Source: a virus. Taken from it: DNA of 64,000 bases. The translations under genes were made by a program, and so were the position numbers. The notes below the pieces were generated by a model. It was not told where the DNA came from. It did not search any database and saw only the letters and a list, made by a program, of their open reading frames with translations. Shown here in pieces: positions 38,777 through 48,098 of this stretch (position 1 is the first letter of the stretch; each line of letters starts with the position of its first letter). The stretch is from positions 1,572 through 65,571 of the IMG/VR virus record IMGVR_UViG_3300027908_000022; one strand, 5' to 3'.

Positions 38777-40253
38777 CGTCCGACCTCGGCGATCCGCATC
38801 TGCCCCGCCGCCTCTCGCTCACGCATGACGGCCCTGGCGTCCTCGGCCGCGTCGTAGAAGGCCTCGCAGGCCTCGGCGGTGCGCTCCCCGGGATCGTGCT
38901 GGTAGCGGAGCTCGCCGCACCGCTCGCAGATGTCGTAGGCCTCCGGCTCGCACTCGGGGCAACAGTACGAATCCACGGGACCTCCGTGGCACCGGCAACC
39001 GCAGTCGGGCCGCATCATGGCTCCCTCAGAGCGGCCCGCTCCGCGTCCACGCAGGCCGCTTCGATCTCCGCGTAGAGGTTCACGCTGTGCCTGGTTTCCT
39101 GTGACGTGTACCTGGCGTCCACCCACATCGAGGGGTGCTCCTCCCGCATGCGCTCCATCCAGCCGCGCACGACCGACACCGGGATGGCGGCCTCGCTCAT
39201 CGGTGGCTCCCGTTGGCCTTGCCGTTGATCTTCACGACCGGCCGAGCGACCTTCTGCCGGAGGGGTAGACCCGTGTCCCTACCCTCCCACTCGACACGGA
39301 CCGTTGCCTCCGATTCCTCGACTTGTCGCCAGCTTAGCGATGGGGGTGGCGGCGGGGGTCCCCCGCGCGGGGCGTCGGGTGCCGCATCCATGCCGAGCAC
39401 CGCCGCCGCGTGCTCCCGCGCGTCGTACCAGGACGCGGCGGCGACGGTGATGCTGCGGCGCCGAACCCGCGTAATTCCCCATGTCTGGCCATTGTCGTCC
39501 GCGATCTGGAAGCCGTCCTCGACGACGTCCGTCCGGGTAAAGCACCAAGCCATCACGTGGGGTACCCCTTCCTTCTCGCTGTCGTGCACGAGCGGCAGTC
39601 GCACGGATAGCGGGCCGCCAACCGCTCGGAGGACAGCACCACCGCCACATGCGCCCGCTCGCGCTCCTCACGCGTCTCGGCGGACTCCGCCGCCTCGAGG
39701 GCTTCGAGCTGCCGACGGACGCTCTCACGCATGACAGACCCCCCTTGAGAGGACCCGCGGCCAGCGGTCGGACGGGCCGCGGGGCCCCCACGGCGCGAGT
39801 CCACTCAAAGGGTGCCCTGCTGTCCTACATCTCCGCATGAGGGTCCGACTCCTCCACGCCACACCGAACGCTGAACATCCCCACATACAGAATCGCCACG
39901 CGACTGGCAAGAAATTGCCGAACTTGCTTCGGATTTTGCGATTGCCGAGCAACGGCGCGGGCTTGAATACGGACTCGTCACGCGTCACGGAATGGGTGAT
40001 CGCGAACCTAGCGGGACGATTCGCTACCTCTAACCCACACCTGAAATATCGATCATCACCGAGCCTCGTAGGGCTTTCCCGATCGCGTCGGCGGTTTGCG
40101 CGGGAGCGCATTTTTATCTTCCATCCACGCCGGCCGGTCGCGACTCGACGGCTTCGCGAACTCGCGCATGCGGAACTCCTCGGCCTCGGCCGCGCGCTTC
40201 TTCTCGTCCGCCTTCATGAACCGGCCGCGCTTTGCGTCGATGGGCATCACCAT
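38773..40253 (-). CDS. Small hypothetical ORFs (38773-39018, 39015-39200, 39197-39604, 39553-39732, 40056-40253)
   Basis: Mostly coupled; no recognisable motifs. Confidence 0.4.
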
Positions 40254-40265
40254 GATCGAGTGCTC

Positions 40266-40808
40266 CTAGGTTTGGATCCGAGATATATTCCTGACGAACT
40301 GCGTATTGTATCCGAGCATCAGCGGGTGCTTCGGGGATCCATCGGCGTTGAACCCGAGCGTTCCACAGTCGCACGTGTCCGGCGCCTCGAAGAATGGCGT
40401 ATTCGCCAAGCGCTGCTTCACGAGCTTCGCCACGCGCGCGTTGTGCTTTCCCCAGGCCCATACGACGCGGTGGGCGTCCCGGAGCGTGTCGGCGATCTCC
40501 GCGTCGTTCTCGGGACCGATGGGATCCTCGACCTTGAGGAGCTGCGTCACGTCGGTCGAGACGAGGGCAAATAAATTACAGACATCGATGGCCCCGAATC
40601 TCCATCGCCTGGCGAAGCCGATGCACTTTCGGATCGTCGGATCGTCGGTCTCGTGATCGGCCACGGATGGATTGATGCATACAAAAACGCATCGGTGCGC
40701 CGGGTCACCCCATGTTCGCCAAAGCGAGTACCGGTACCGCCGATCATCGGAGAAGATCGCCCCGGACTCTCCGGGGCCGTATAGGCTCGGCGAGCCGAGA
40801 CGGATCAC
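40266..40808 (-). CDS. DUF1643 family protein
   Basis: AIFS..RRYRYSL.R.W, INPS.AD...DDPTIRKCIGFA..W, PKHPL. Confidence 0.85.
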   Translation of the reverse strand: MIRLGSPSLYGPGESGAIFSDDRRYRYSLWRTWGDPAHRCVFVCINPSVADHETDDPTIRKCIGFARRWRFGAIDVCNLFALVSTDVTQLLKVEDPIGPENDAEIADTLRDAHRVVWAWGKHNARVAKLVKQRLANTPFFEAPDTCDCGTLGFNADGSPKHPLMLGYNTQFVRNISRIQT

Positions 40809-41332
40809 GGCTCCCACCCGAAGGACCGTTCGGCGTTGACGACGATCTTGCAGGCGCGCCACCAGAGCGCGTGATTGCCCTGGACGAGGTGCGGGAGGAG
40901 CAGCTTCTTCTCCCGGATGTAGACGCGGGCGAAGTCCGGATCCCTCTCGAGGATGCTGTCCTCGTTGTCGATGAGGTCCGCGAGCTTCACGGTCTTGGCT
41001 TCCGCCGGAGCGCGCGCCAGGTGCTCGCGGTCGATGCGCTTGCGCTCGGCGTGGTTGCCATCGCTCGGACGGCTGACGTCGGTCAGACACGACACAAGAT
41101 GCGCAACTTCATCACCGAAGACCGCGGCGATCTTCAGGATGCTCACGTCGCAATCCTCAACCACGTCGTGCAGGTACGCCGCGGCGATCATGGCCTCGGT
41201 GTGCAGCACGCTCCGGACGATCTCGGCGACGGCGATCGGATGTTCAATGTACGGCGCGCCCGTATACTTTCTCTTCTGTTCCGCGTGCGCCTTCGTCGCG
41301 AACGCCAGCGCCGCCTTCTCGAGATCGCTCAT
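40805..41332 (-). CDS. HD-domain phosphohydrolase (RelA/SpoT-HD, Mesh1-like)
   Basis: AHAEQKRKYTGAPYIEHP, AAYLHDVVED, VKLADLIDN. Confidence 0.85.
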   Translation of the reverse strand: MSDLEKAALAFATKAHAEQKRKYTGAPYIEHPIAVAEIVRSVLHTEAMIAAAYLHDVVEDCDVSILKIAAVFGDEVAHLVSCLTDVSRPSDGNHAERKRIDREHLARAPAEAKTVKLADLIDNEDSILERDPDFARVYIREKKLLLPHLVQGNHALWWRACKIVVNAERSFGWEP

Positions 41333-41685
41333 CGCTTCCTTCTTTTTTCCCCGTTCAGCACGTGCTCGTGACGTCGGACGGCCGCGTGAACCGTTGTGTG
41401 ATCGCGGCAACCGAAGATGCGGCCCAGCTCCGGGTACGACAGCCCCGAGCTCCAGCGGATGACGGCCAGCGCGTGATCTCGGGCACGAACGATGTGCGCG
41501 TAGCGCAAGGGCGAGAGCAGAGACGTCACTGTGATGCCGTGCGCCTCGGCGATCTCCGCGCACACCGAGCGAATGAGCTTTGCAGCCCATTCCGCCGGCG
41601 GCGGAGGTTCCGGCTCGACGACGGGCGGCACGATGATCCGCGGTCGCGGCAGATCCGGGAAGTAGCCGGCGAGAGCGAGGCTCAT
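41329..41685 (-). CDS. DnaA C-terminal-like HTH protein
   Basis: RAR.....LSYPELGRIFG.RDHTTVHAAVRR. Confidence 0.8.
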   Translation of the reverse strand: MSLALAGYFPDLPRPRIIVPPVVEPEPPPPAEWAAKLIRSVCAEIAEAHGITVTSLLSPLRYAHIVRARDHALAVIRWSSGLSYPELGRIFGCRDHTTVHAAVRRHEHVLNGEKRRKR

Positions 41686-42194
41686 TCCGTCTCGCACGCC
41701 TCGTAGTATATCTTTTCCGGCGCAAAGCCCATGTAGAGGGCTCCGAGGGATTCTTTGACTGCGTCCGAAGCCGCCTGCGCGGCCTTGTTGAGATCCGTGA
41801 TGGTCGTGTCGTTACGGACCTCGATGGACAAGCGGATTCGTACCGGCTGAGTTGTGTATTCGTTCATGACTTTTCCTTGAATACGAGAAGGCCCGAGCGC
41901 TCGCCCAGCGTGACCTTCTGGATCGACTTCATGTTCGGATGAACAGCCTTCGGCCTGATGTGATCCCACCGTCTTGCCGCGCCCCTCGTAGAAATCAGCT
42001 CGCGTTCCCATGATTCCTCATCTCCTGTTCGGCCATCGTGTTCCGTCCGCCACGTAGTCCGGCATCATTCGCGCCTCGGCCTCGATGGCCTTCTTGCCGG
42101 CCGGGCAGAGGTTGAACGGGTGCTCGCCGCACCACCGGCACACATCGAGGTGGTCATGATACGGCGTCTTGCTGGGCTTCTCGTCAGACAACAT
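41682..42194 (-). CDS. Two small hypothetical ORFs (41682-41867, 42018-42194)
   Basis: Short ORFs with plausible starts. Confidence 0.4.
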
Positions 42195-42201
42195 TGCGCG
42201 C

Positions 42202-42762
42202 CTATAATAACGAAGCGAGGTAGCGTGGTCTAGGCTGGCCATGATGGACACGGGCGGCCCGCAGCACGTCCCGGTTTTTCTGAGCGAACCGGACGAACCG
42301 ACGGATATGCGCGGCCACCTGCTTTGCCGACGGCCGATATCCAGCCTCCACGGCATCCAAGTCGAATCCTGGAGATTCGGGCAGTCCCGAATAAGGCCCC
42401 TCGTCCGCTGGCGTGAAGAGGTAAAGGGACTCGTCGGTTGTGAGGCCAAAAGCCTCCGCCCCCGCGGCGATCGATGTCTCGAGGTCTTCGTCATACTTCC
42501 CGAGTCGACGACCGCGCGTTACCACGCAATCGTGATGCTTGGTTTGGAGCAGCTCTAGGTTCCATTCGCGAATAGTCGTTGCCCATCCAAGCGCGCATGC
42601 CGTTGTTCCGCAGGAGAGATCCCGCGCGCCCTTCCAACCGAGGCCCACCCATGCGTAATAGTCGAACCGTTTGGGTGGCAGGTTGGTCAGAAGATCGGCC
42701 AGCTTGAGCAGCCGTCGCGTGTTCGGGAAGACCATTCGGTTTCGTTTACGGGGCATCGACAT
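42202..42762 (-). CDS. Hypothetical protein (CGTTACALGWA family), paralog 1
   Basis: Shares motifs with 43979-44422. Confidence 0.7.
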   Translation of the reverse strand: MSMPRKRNRMVFPNTRRLLKLADLLTNLPPKRFDYYAWVGLGWKGARDLSCGTTACALGWATTIREWNLELLQTKHHDCVVTRGRRLGKYDEDLETSIAAGAEAFGLTTDESLYLFTPADEGPYSGLPESPGFDLDAVEAGYRPSAKQVAAHIRRFVRFAQKNRDVLRAARVHHGQPRPRYLASLL

Positions 42763-42789
42763 CGTCCTTTCTCCTCACGAGTAGCCAGT

Positions 42790-43008
42790 TCACGAGCGCC
42801 ACGAGCGCGCCTTGCCCGAATCCTGGAAGACCATCGTCTCGTAGTAGCGATCGACGCCGATCGTCATCGGCGCCTGTCGGTCAGGCGGCCATGAAGGCCA
42901 GTAGTCGCCTACCGTCGACACGATGTAGCCGTTGACGACGTCCGTCACGCCGAACCGGCAATCGCGAGAGCCGATGAAGTGCGAGGCCTTGTCCCAGTGA
43001 GTCGTCAC
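42790..43008 (-). CDS. Hypothetical protein
   Basis: 72 aa; VSTVG..YYETMVF phage motif. Confidence 0.55.
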   Translation of the reverse strand: MTTHWDKASHFIGSRDCRFGVTDVVNGYIVSTVGDYWPSWPPDRQAPMTIGVDRYYETMVFQDSGKARSWRS

Positions 43009-43216
43009 GGCTGGATCTCCCCGAGAATGACCATCCGTAGATAATCCGCGGGGTTGCGGTTCGCCTTCGCCGCCCGCTTATCCAGCGCGGCCCTCTCCGC
43101 ATCGCTGAGGTGGAGGTGGTAGGGCTTTCGGACCCTGTCCTTCGGCGCTTTTCGTTGCGCAGGGGTCTTGCTCTTTCGGCCCATGCGAGGCAGTATGGGG
43201 CACCCGATGGGTACCC

Positions 43217-43257
43217 GTCAAGTACCACTTGACGAATATGCCCGACGGGTACATATT
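43217..43257 (+). promoter_or_regulatory. Divergent promoter region, possible leaderless + transcript
   Basis: GTCAA-N7-TTGAC palindrome; TTGACG-N17-CATATT ends 7 nt before ATG 43264; lies at the strand switch. Confidence 0.45.
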
Positions 43258-43263
43258 AGTGGC

Positions 43264-43982
43264 ATGAAGCCCACCGACCCGATTCGCGCCACGCCCGTCA
43301 GGCTGGAAGAGGACACCCCGGCCTACCGTGTCACCGGCCATCCGGAGCCCATGGGGTACTTCCTAGAACGCATCGACGGCAAGGTGACCGAGTGCACCGA
43401 CGTGCAGCCGAAGCGCGCCGCTACCTGGTGGACGGACCGCGTCGAATACATCTGCCCGGTCTTTTCGTCGGCCACGCGGGCCGATCTCGCCGAGGAGCTT
43501 CGCAAGGCGGCGGAGCTGTCCGGTATTGACCTCGTTATCGAACCGCCCGAGTGCAACGCGGATGAGGGGCATCCGTGCGACGCGTACGAGGACGAGCACG
43601 GAGAACCAATGCCGTGCCCGGCGTGCGTGAAGTTCAATTCGGAGAGCGCTGCCGACGCCAAGCGGGCCATCGGCGGCCTCGAATGGCACACGTGGAACGA
43701 CGCAAGGATCAAGGAGACGACATGATCACCAAGACCGACCGATTGCTGCGCGACCTGACCGAAGAGCGTGACGCCGCCGTGCCGGCGCCCAAGGGAGCGC
43801 CGTTCCACATCCGGGCGACCTTCGAGCTGACCCTGCCCGCGGGCACCGAGGCCGCGACATATAAAGCCGCCGTCCTCGAGGCGCTGCAAGCCTTCGCGAG
43901 CCATGCTATTGCGGCGCGTGTCTTCCGGCTCGAGTTCGCGCCGACGCGCACGCTCCCGCCCGTCACGATGGAGACGCGATGA
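43264..43982 (+). CDS. Two hypothetical ORFs (43264-43725, 43722-43982)
   Basis: Coupled by an ATGA overlap. Confidence 0.55.
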
Positions 43983-44422
43983 ACAAGCGACGGCTATTGC
44001 GTCTTGCCCTGCTCCTCGAAACGTTGCCGCGCAAGCGGTTCGATTATGGACACTGGGTGGGCGAGGACTGGAAGGGGGACAAGAGTCTCTCGTGCGGCAC
44101 GACCGCATGCGCGCTCGGCTGGGCGACGACGGTTCCGTCATTCGGGCTCGTGCTGCGATTGTCTGGCCCAGATAGCGGCGGCTACGTGTCGCTCAGAGGA
44201 TCTCGGCTTGGATCGAAGGGGGACGAACCCGAGGAGGCTGCGATGTCCGTGTTCGGGCTTACGAAGGAAGAGGTGTTCTATCTGTTTTATCCGTACTATT
44301 CGGGCCTAAGGTTCAACGCGAGCCCGAAGCGCGTCGCCAAGCATATCCGCGACTTCGTCAAGCGCGGCGGCCTCCCACCGGGCCACCCGGCACCGCGCCA
44401 CCCGGATGCGGTGCCGTTTTGA
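43979..44422 (+). CDS. Hypothetical protein (CGTTACALGWA family), paralog 2
   Basis: RLL.LA.LL..LP.KRFDY..WVG..WKG...LSCGTTACALGWATT shared with 42202-42762. Confidence 0.7.
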   Translation: MNKRRLLRLALLLETLPRKRFDYGHWVGEDWKGDKSLSCGTTACALGWATTVPSFGLVLRLSGPDSGGYVSLRGSRLGSKGDEPEEAAMSVFGLTKEEVFYLFYPYYSGLRFNASPKRVAKHIRDFVKRGGLPPGHPAPRHPDAVPF

Positions 44423-44854
44423 ACGCGAATGGGCGAGCCCGGGCGAGGGAGCAGGCGCGAGCTGCGGCTGCCGATGCGCGTCAATTGGCCACCACCGACG
44501 AGGCTTCAGGGATAAAAGTGATGAAGGCCGATATCGCAGCGCTCGCGGCCGCGATCGATCTGCTGGCCGACGTGAGCCAAGCGCAGGACGATCTGATCGC
44601 GAGGCTGGAGGACCGCCATGGGTAACATCCGAACCGCAAGCACCGAGGCCCTTGAGGCCGAACTGGCCCGCCGTAAAGAGACGTCGTCGGCCCGGCCGAC
44701 GCCGCTACCCACTCCGGACTGGGCCCCGCTCGTCAATCTCATCACGGAGGGCGAGCACCAAGACGACGACTTCGCCCACTACGTCTACGAGGCCGCCATG
44801 ACGGCGGTGTACGGCGAAGCCTATTGGGAATGGCGCAGGAAGCAGGACTGGTGA
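44419..44854 (+). CDS. Two small hypothetical ORFs (44419-44625, 44618-44854)
   Basis: Coupled overlaps. Confidence 0.5.
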
Positions 44855-45816
44855 TGACGCCCGCCACCGCCGCCGTGTCCACCGAGCTGATCGAGGAGCT
44901 CGCGCGACCCGAGCCGCCCGGGCCGACGATCCTTGATCTGCCGAACGGCATTCATGAGGGCGTGCCCGGGACGCAGTATTACGCCCGGGTTCTCGGTGTC
45001 GCGAGCAACAGCATCCTGACGAAGTTCGCGCGCGCCGAGGTGCTCTATCACCTCTGGGTCACGGGGCAGCTGCCGGACGAGAGCACGAAGGCGCTCAACT
45101 TCGGGATCGCGTTCCACATGGCCGTGCTCGAGCCGGACCAATACGCGCGGCAGTACGCGGCCGAGCCCGACTTCGGATATTGCGTGGCCCACCAGCCCAG
45201 CGGCACGACGAAAGAGCAGGGCGCGGAGAATAAGAAGCGCCGCGACGCGTGGCGGGCCGCGCACGCCGGCGCGGTGCGGCTCGACAGCGACGACGCCCTG
45301 CACATCGCCGGCATGCGCGAGAGCCTCCTGCGGCACCCGCTCGTGCGGACGATGGTCGAGCGTGGGCGTCGCGAAACGACCGTGAAATGGGAGGACGAGG
45401 AGACCGGCGTCATCTGCAAGAGCCGGATGGACACGTGGCTCGACGGCATCGCGCTCATTGGGGACTTGAAGAGCACCGTCGACGCGCGACCGGACGCCTT
45501 CGCGCGGAGCGTCGAGAAGTACGGCTACGCGCGGCAGGCCGTCTTTTACCCGCAAGGCGTGCATGCGGTGACGGGGACCCACCAGCGATTCGCCATGGTG
45601 GCCTGCGAGAAGCGCCCTCCCTATCTGAGCGCGGTGTATACTCTGGCGCCCGACGCGCTCCGCGTGGGGCAGTATGAATGCAGGGTGCTTCTGCGGCGGT
45701 TCCGCCGATGCATCGATCGGGGCGTGTGGCGCGGACTGCCCCAGGGCATCACCGAGCTCGCGCTGCGACCGTGGTATGAGCCTGAAACGGACGATGAGGA
45801 AAACGAGGACCAATGA
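44854..45816 (+). CDS. PD-(D/E)XK exonuclease (RecE/ExoVIII, DUF3799-like)
   Basis: FGIAFH.AVLEP, ICKSRMD, IGDLKST, YGYARQA.FY, EKRPPY. Confidence 0.85.
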   Translation: MTPATAAVSTELIEELARPEPPGPTILDLPNGIHEGVPGTQYYARVLGVASNSILTKFARAEVLYHLWVTGQLPDESTKALNFGIAFHMAVLEPDQYARQYAAEPDFGYCVAHQPSGTTKEQGAENKKRRDAWRAAHAGAVRLDSDDALHIAGMRESLLRHPLVRTMVERGRRETTVKWEDEETGVICKSRMDTWLDGIALIGDLKSTVDARPDAFARSVEKYGYARQAVFYPQGVHAVTGTHQRFAMVACEKRPPYLSAVYTLAPDALRVGQYECRVLLRRFRRCIDRGVWRGLPQGITELALRPWYEPETDDEENEDQ

Positions 45817-46985
45817 CGACGCAAGCTCCCGGCACGCAGCAACCCGCAGCAACGCCAGCGGCGCCCCCAGCCAAACCATCCACCGCGCTCGCGCGGCCGC
45901 CGGACGACGGCGCGGCGCTGAACGCCTTCGCGAGCATCGCGAACTTCGAGGCCGCCCAGCGCATGGGCAAGATGCTTTGCCGAAGCTCGCTCGTACCGAA
46001 GGCGTATCAGGGCGAAGAGAACCTCGGCAACTGCATTATTGCCTTGGAGCTCGCCGCTCGCATCGGCGCGAGCGTGTTCATGGTGATGCAGAACCTGCAC
46101 ATCATCCAGGGGCGCCCCGGGTGGGCCGCGCAGTTCTTGATCGCCAGCGTCAACGCGTCGGGCCGCTTCACTCCCCTGCGGTTCCGTGCCGAAGGCAAAA
46201 TCGGCGAGGACTCGTACGGCGTGCGCGCGGTCGCCAAGGATATCAAGAGCGGCGAGGAACTCGAGGGCACACTCATCACGTGGGAGATGGTCAAGGGCGA
46301 GGGCTGGCTCGGCAAGCCCGGCAGCAAGTGGCGCACGATGCCGGCCCAAATGTTCCTTTACCGCGCAGGGTCATTCTGGACGCGCACGTACGCTCCGGAA
46401 ATTGGGCTGGGCCTGCAGACCGCTGAGGAACTGCACGACACGATTGATACCGTCGGGTCCTCGGTGCCGGACGACGGCCCGGCTCTGCCGGCAGAAGGCG
46501 CGGCACAGATCGAGGACGCGCTCCGTGGGCTCGGCAGCAACGGGACGCCGGCGCCCAGCGTGCCGCTCAACTTCCATGTCACCATGCCGCCGGCGACCAC
46601 CGGCCAGGCGATCGCCCAAGGCGCGACCCACCCGCCCCTCACCCCGAGCGCATCGGAGTCGCCCCAGGCGACCGCTGGAGCGCCTCCGGCCCCCGCGGCT
46701 ACCCCTGACGCCACGCCTCCCGCCGCGCGCCGCGGACGCCCGCCGAAGGCCCAAGGCGCCCCGGCGCCCGCCTCCCCCGCGGAGCCCGCCGCCGCTGGTA
46801 CCATATGCTGGGTGTGCGGGAAGGTGTGCGGGGCGGATGCGGTGGCCAGCCAAGGCCCCAAAGGTCCAGGCCATCGACACCCAGACTGCGCGCCTTTCGG
46901 CGCCGCCGCCGAGCCCGCCGATCCGGAACCGCCGGCCGACGTCAAGACAGAGACATTCGATGACGATCTAGGAGGTCGAGAATGA
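45813..46985 (+). CDS. RecT-like single-strand annealing protein with Pro/Ala-rich tail
   Basis: NCIIALELA.RIG.S..MVMQNL.II.GRP.W; KW.TMP.QM..YRA..F..R.YAPE...G..T.EE. Confidence 0.75.
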   Translation: MTTQAPGTQQPAATPAAPPAKPSTALARPPDDGAALNAFASIANFEAAQRMGKMLCRSSLVPKAYQGEENLGNCIIALELAARIGASVFMVMQNLHIIQGRPGWAAQFLIASVNASGRFTPLRFRAEGKIGEDSYGVRAVAKDIKSGEELEGTLITWEMVKGEGWLGKPGSKWRTMPAQMFLYRAGSFWTRTYAPEIGLGLQTAEELHDTIDTVGSSVPDDGPALPAEGAAQIEDALRGLGSNGTPAPSVPLNFHVTMPPATTGQAIAQGATHPPLTPSASESPQATAGAPPAPAATPDATPPAARRGRPPKAQGAPAPASPAEPAAAGTICWVCGKVCGADAVASQGPKGPGHRHPDCAPFGAAAEPADPEPPADVKTETFDDDLGGRE

Positions 46986-47194
46986 ACAAGGAATTTGCAG
47001 TCCATATGCTGAACGAGGGTGGCAAAGCCAAGGCCACGGCGATCGCCAACGCGTTCGACGAGTGCCTGACCACGCTGCTCGCCATCCTTCCGGAGCCGTC
47101 GCGGGAAATGTCGATCGCCCGAACGAAGCTCGAAGAGGCGTGCTTCTTCGCGAAAAAGGCCATGGCGAGCAAGCCAGAGAACGTCGGTGGTTGA
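46982..47194 (+). CDS. Acb2/Tad1-like helical-hairpin protein
   Basis: SREMSIARTKLEEACFFAKKAMA matches the SRE.S.A.TKLEEA..W...A.A signature. Confidence 0.65.
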   Translation: MNKEFAVHMLNEGGKAKATAIANAFDECLTTLLAILPEPSREMSIARTKLEEACFFAKKAMASKPENVGG

Positions 47195-47447
47195 CGCCTA
47201 TCGTGAGCCGCCGCCGCCCACACGGGAGGAGTTCACCGCCTTGGAAGATCGGATCGCCGCCGTCGAGAAGCGGCGCCCGTGGACCAAGGTGATCGTGCTG
47301 GCGTTCGTTCCGGGTGTAGTCGTCGCGCTGGCGTATGACCACGAGTGGGGCGGCCCGGCTCTGCGCGGAGTCGGTATCGCCATCGCGGCGGTCTGCTCCG
47401 GGGCTGCGGTTATGTGGCTGATCGAGACGGAAGGGAAGCCGGGGTAG
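47187..47447 (+). CDS. Small membrane protein
   Basis: Two TM stretches. Confidence 0.55.
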   Translation: MVDAYREPPPPTREEFTALEDRIAAVEKRRPWTKVIVLAFVPGVVVALAYDHEWGGPALRGVGIAIAAVCSGAAVMWLIETEGKPG

Positions 47448-47491
47448 TAGGGTCCCAATGATGCGCGCGAGGTCCCCGGCGTACAGCCTCA

Positions 47492-47548
47492 CTGTATATA
47501 CAGGCCGTGTCGAATACCCCTTGCGTGCGCCGATACCGTGTATATACT
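47492..47548 (+). promoter_or_regulatory. Sigma-70-like promoter with two GTATATAC palindromes
   Basis: CTGTATATACAG at 47492-47503; TTGCGT-N16-TATACT at 47521-47548; GGAGG RBS before ATG 47567. Confidence 0.6.
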
Positions 47549-47566
47549 GATGGTGTGGAGGCGAAC

Positions 47567-47881
47567 ATGACGACGGACCTGATGACCTGGGCGACGACAG
47601 CGAGCGAGGGCGACTACCTGGCGACGTGGGCCGCGATGACGACGGACGAGGTGCGCCCCGGGTACTACGTCGTGACGCACGACGACTCGGACGCCGTGAT
47701 TTGGGAGGGCGAGGCGTCGTCCAATCAGGTCGCGTACGAGGCCGCCGAGCGCGCCGACATCGGCTCGCGGTGCGGGTGGAGCGACCCGGAGCTGGACGCG
47801 GTCAAGCGCGTCCTGCGCCGCGGGGGCCTGACGCTCGCCACGGACGATCGCGGCCTGTATGCGGCGCGGGTGCAGTCGTGA
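47567..47881 (+). CDS. Hypothetical protein
   Basis: GGAGG RBS, 104 aa. Confidence 0.65.
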   Translation: MTTDLMTWATTASEGDYLATWAAMTTDEVRPGYYVVTHDDSDAVIWEGEASSNQVAYEAAERADIGSRCGWSDPELDAVKRVLRRGGLTLATDDRGLYAARVQS

Positions 47882-48063
47882 GCCGGGCCACGGTGCCTGG
47901 CGGCAAGGAGGCACGCCGCCGCACCCGCCCCGCCAAGCTCCTGACGCTGTCGGTGGAGGCGTGGGCGCGGCTCGACGCAATTGCGGCGGAGCGAGGACAG
48001 ACGCGATCAGGCGCGGTGGAGCAGCTGGTCCGACGCGCGCGGCTCAAGAGCGACGGCGAGTAG
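47878..48063 (+). CDS. Ribbon-helix-helix (CopG-like) regulator
   Basis: LTLSVEAWARLDAIAAERGQTRSGAVEQLV. Confidence 0.75.
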   Translation: MSRATVPGGKEARRRTRPAKLLTLSVEAWARLDAIAAERGQTRSGAVEQLVRRARLKSDGE

Positions 48064-48098
48064 GGTCGGAGAGATGCGCGCGAGAGGAGACGAGAAGC

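Noticed and set aside
39725-40111. 128-aa ORF in an AT-richer gap
   Set aside because: No motif, RBS or coupling; likely intergenic or regulatory.
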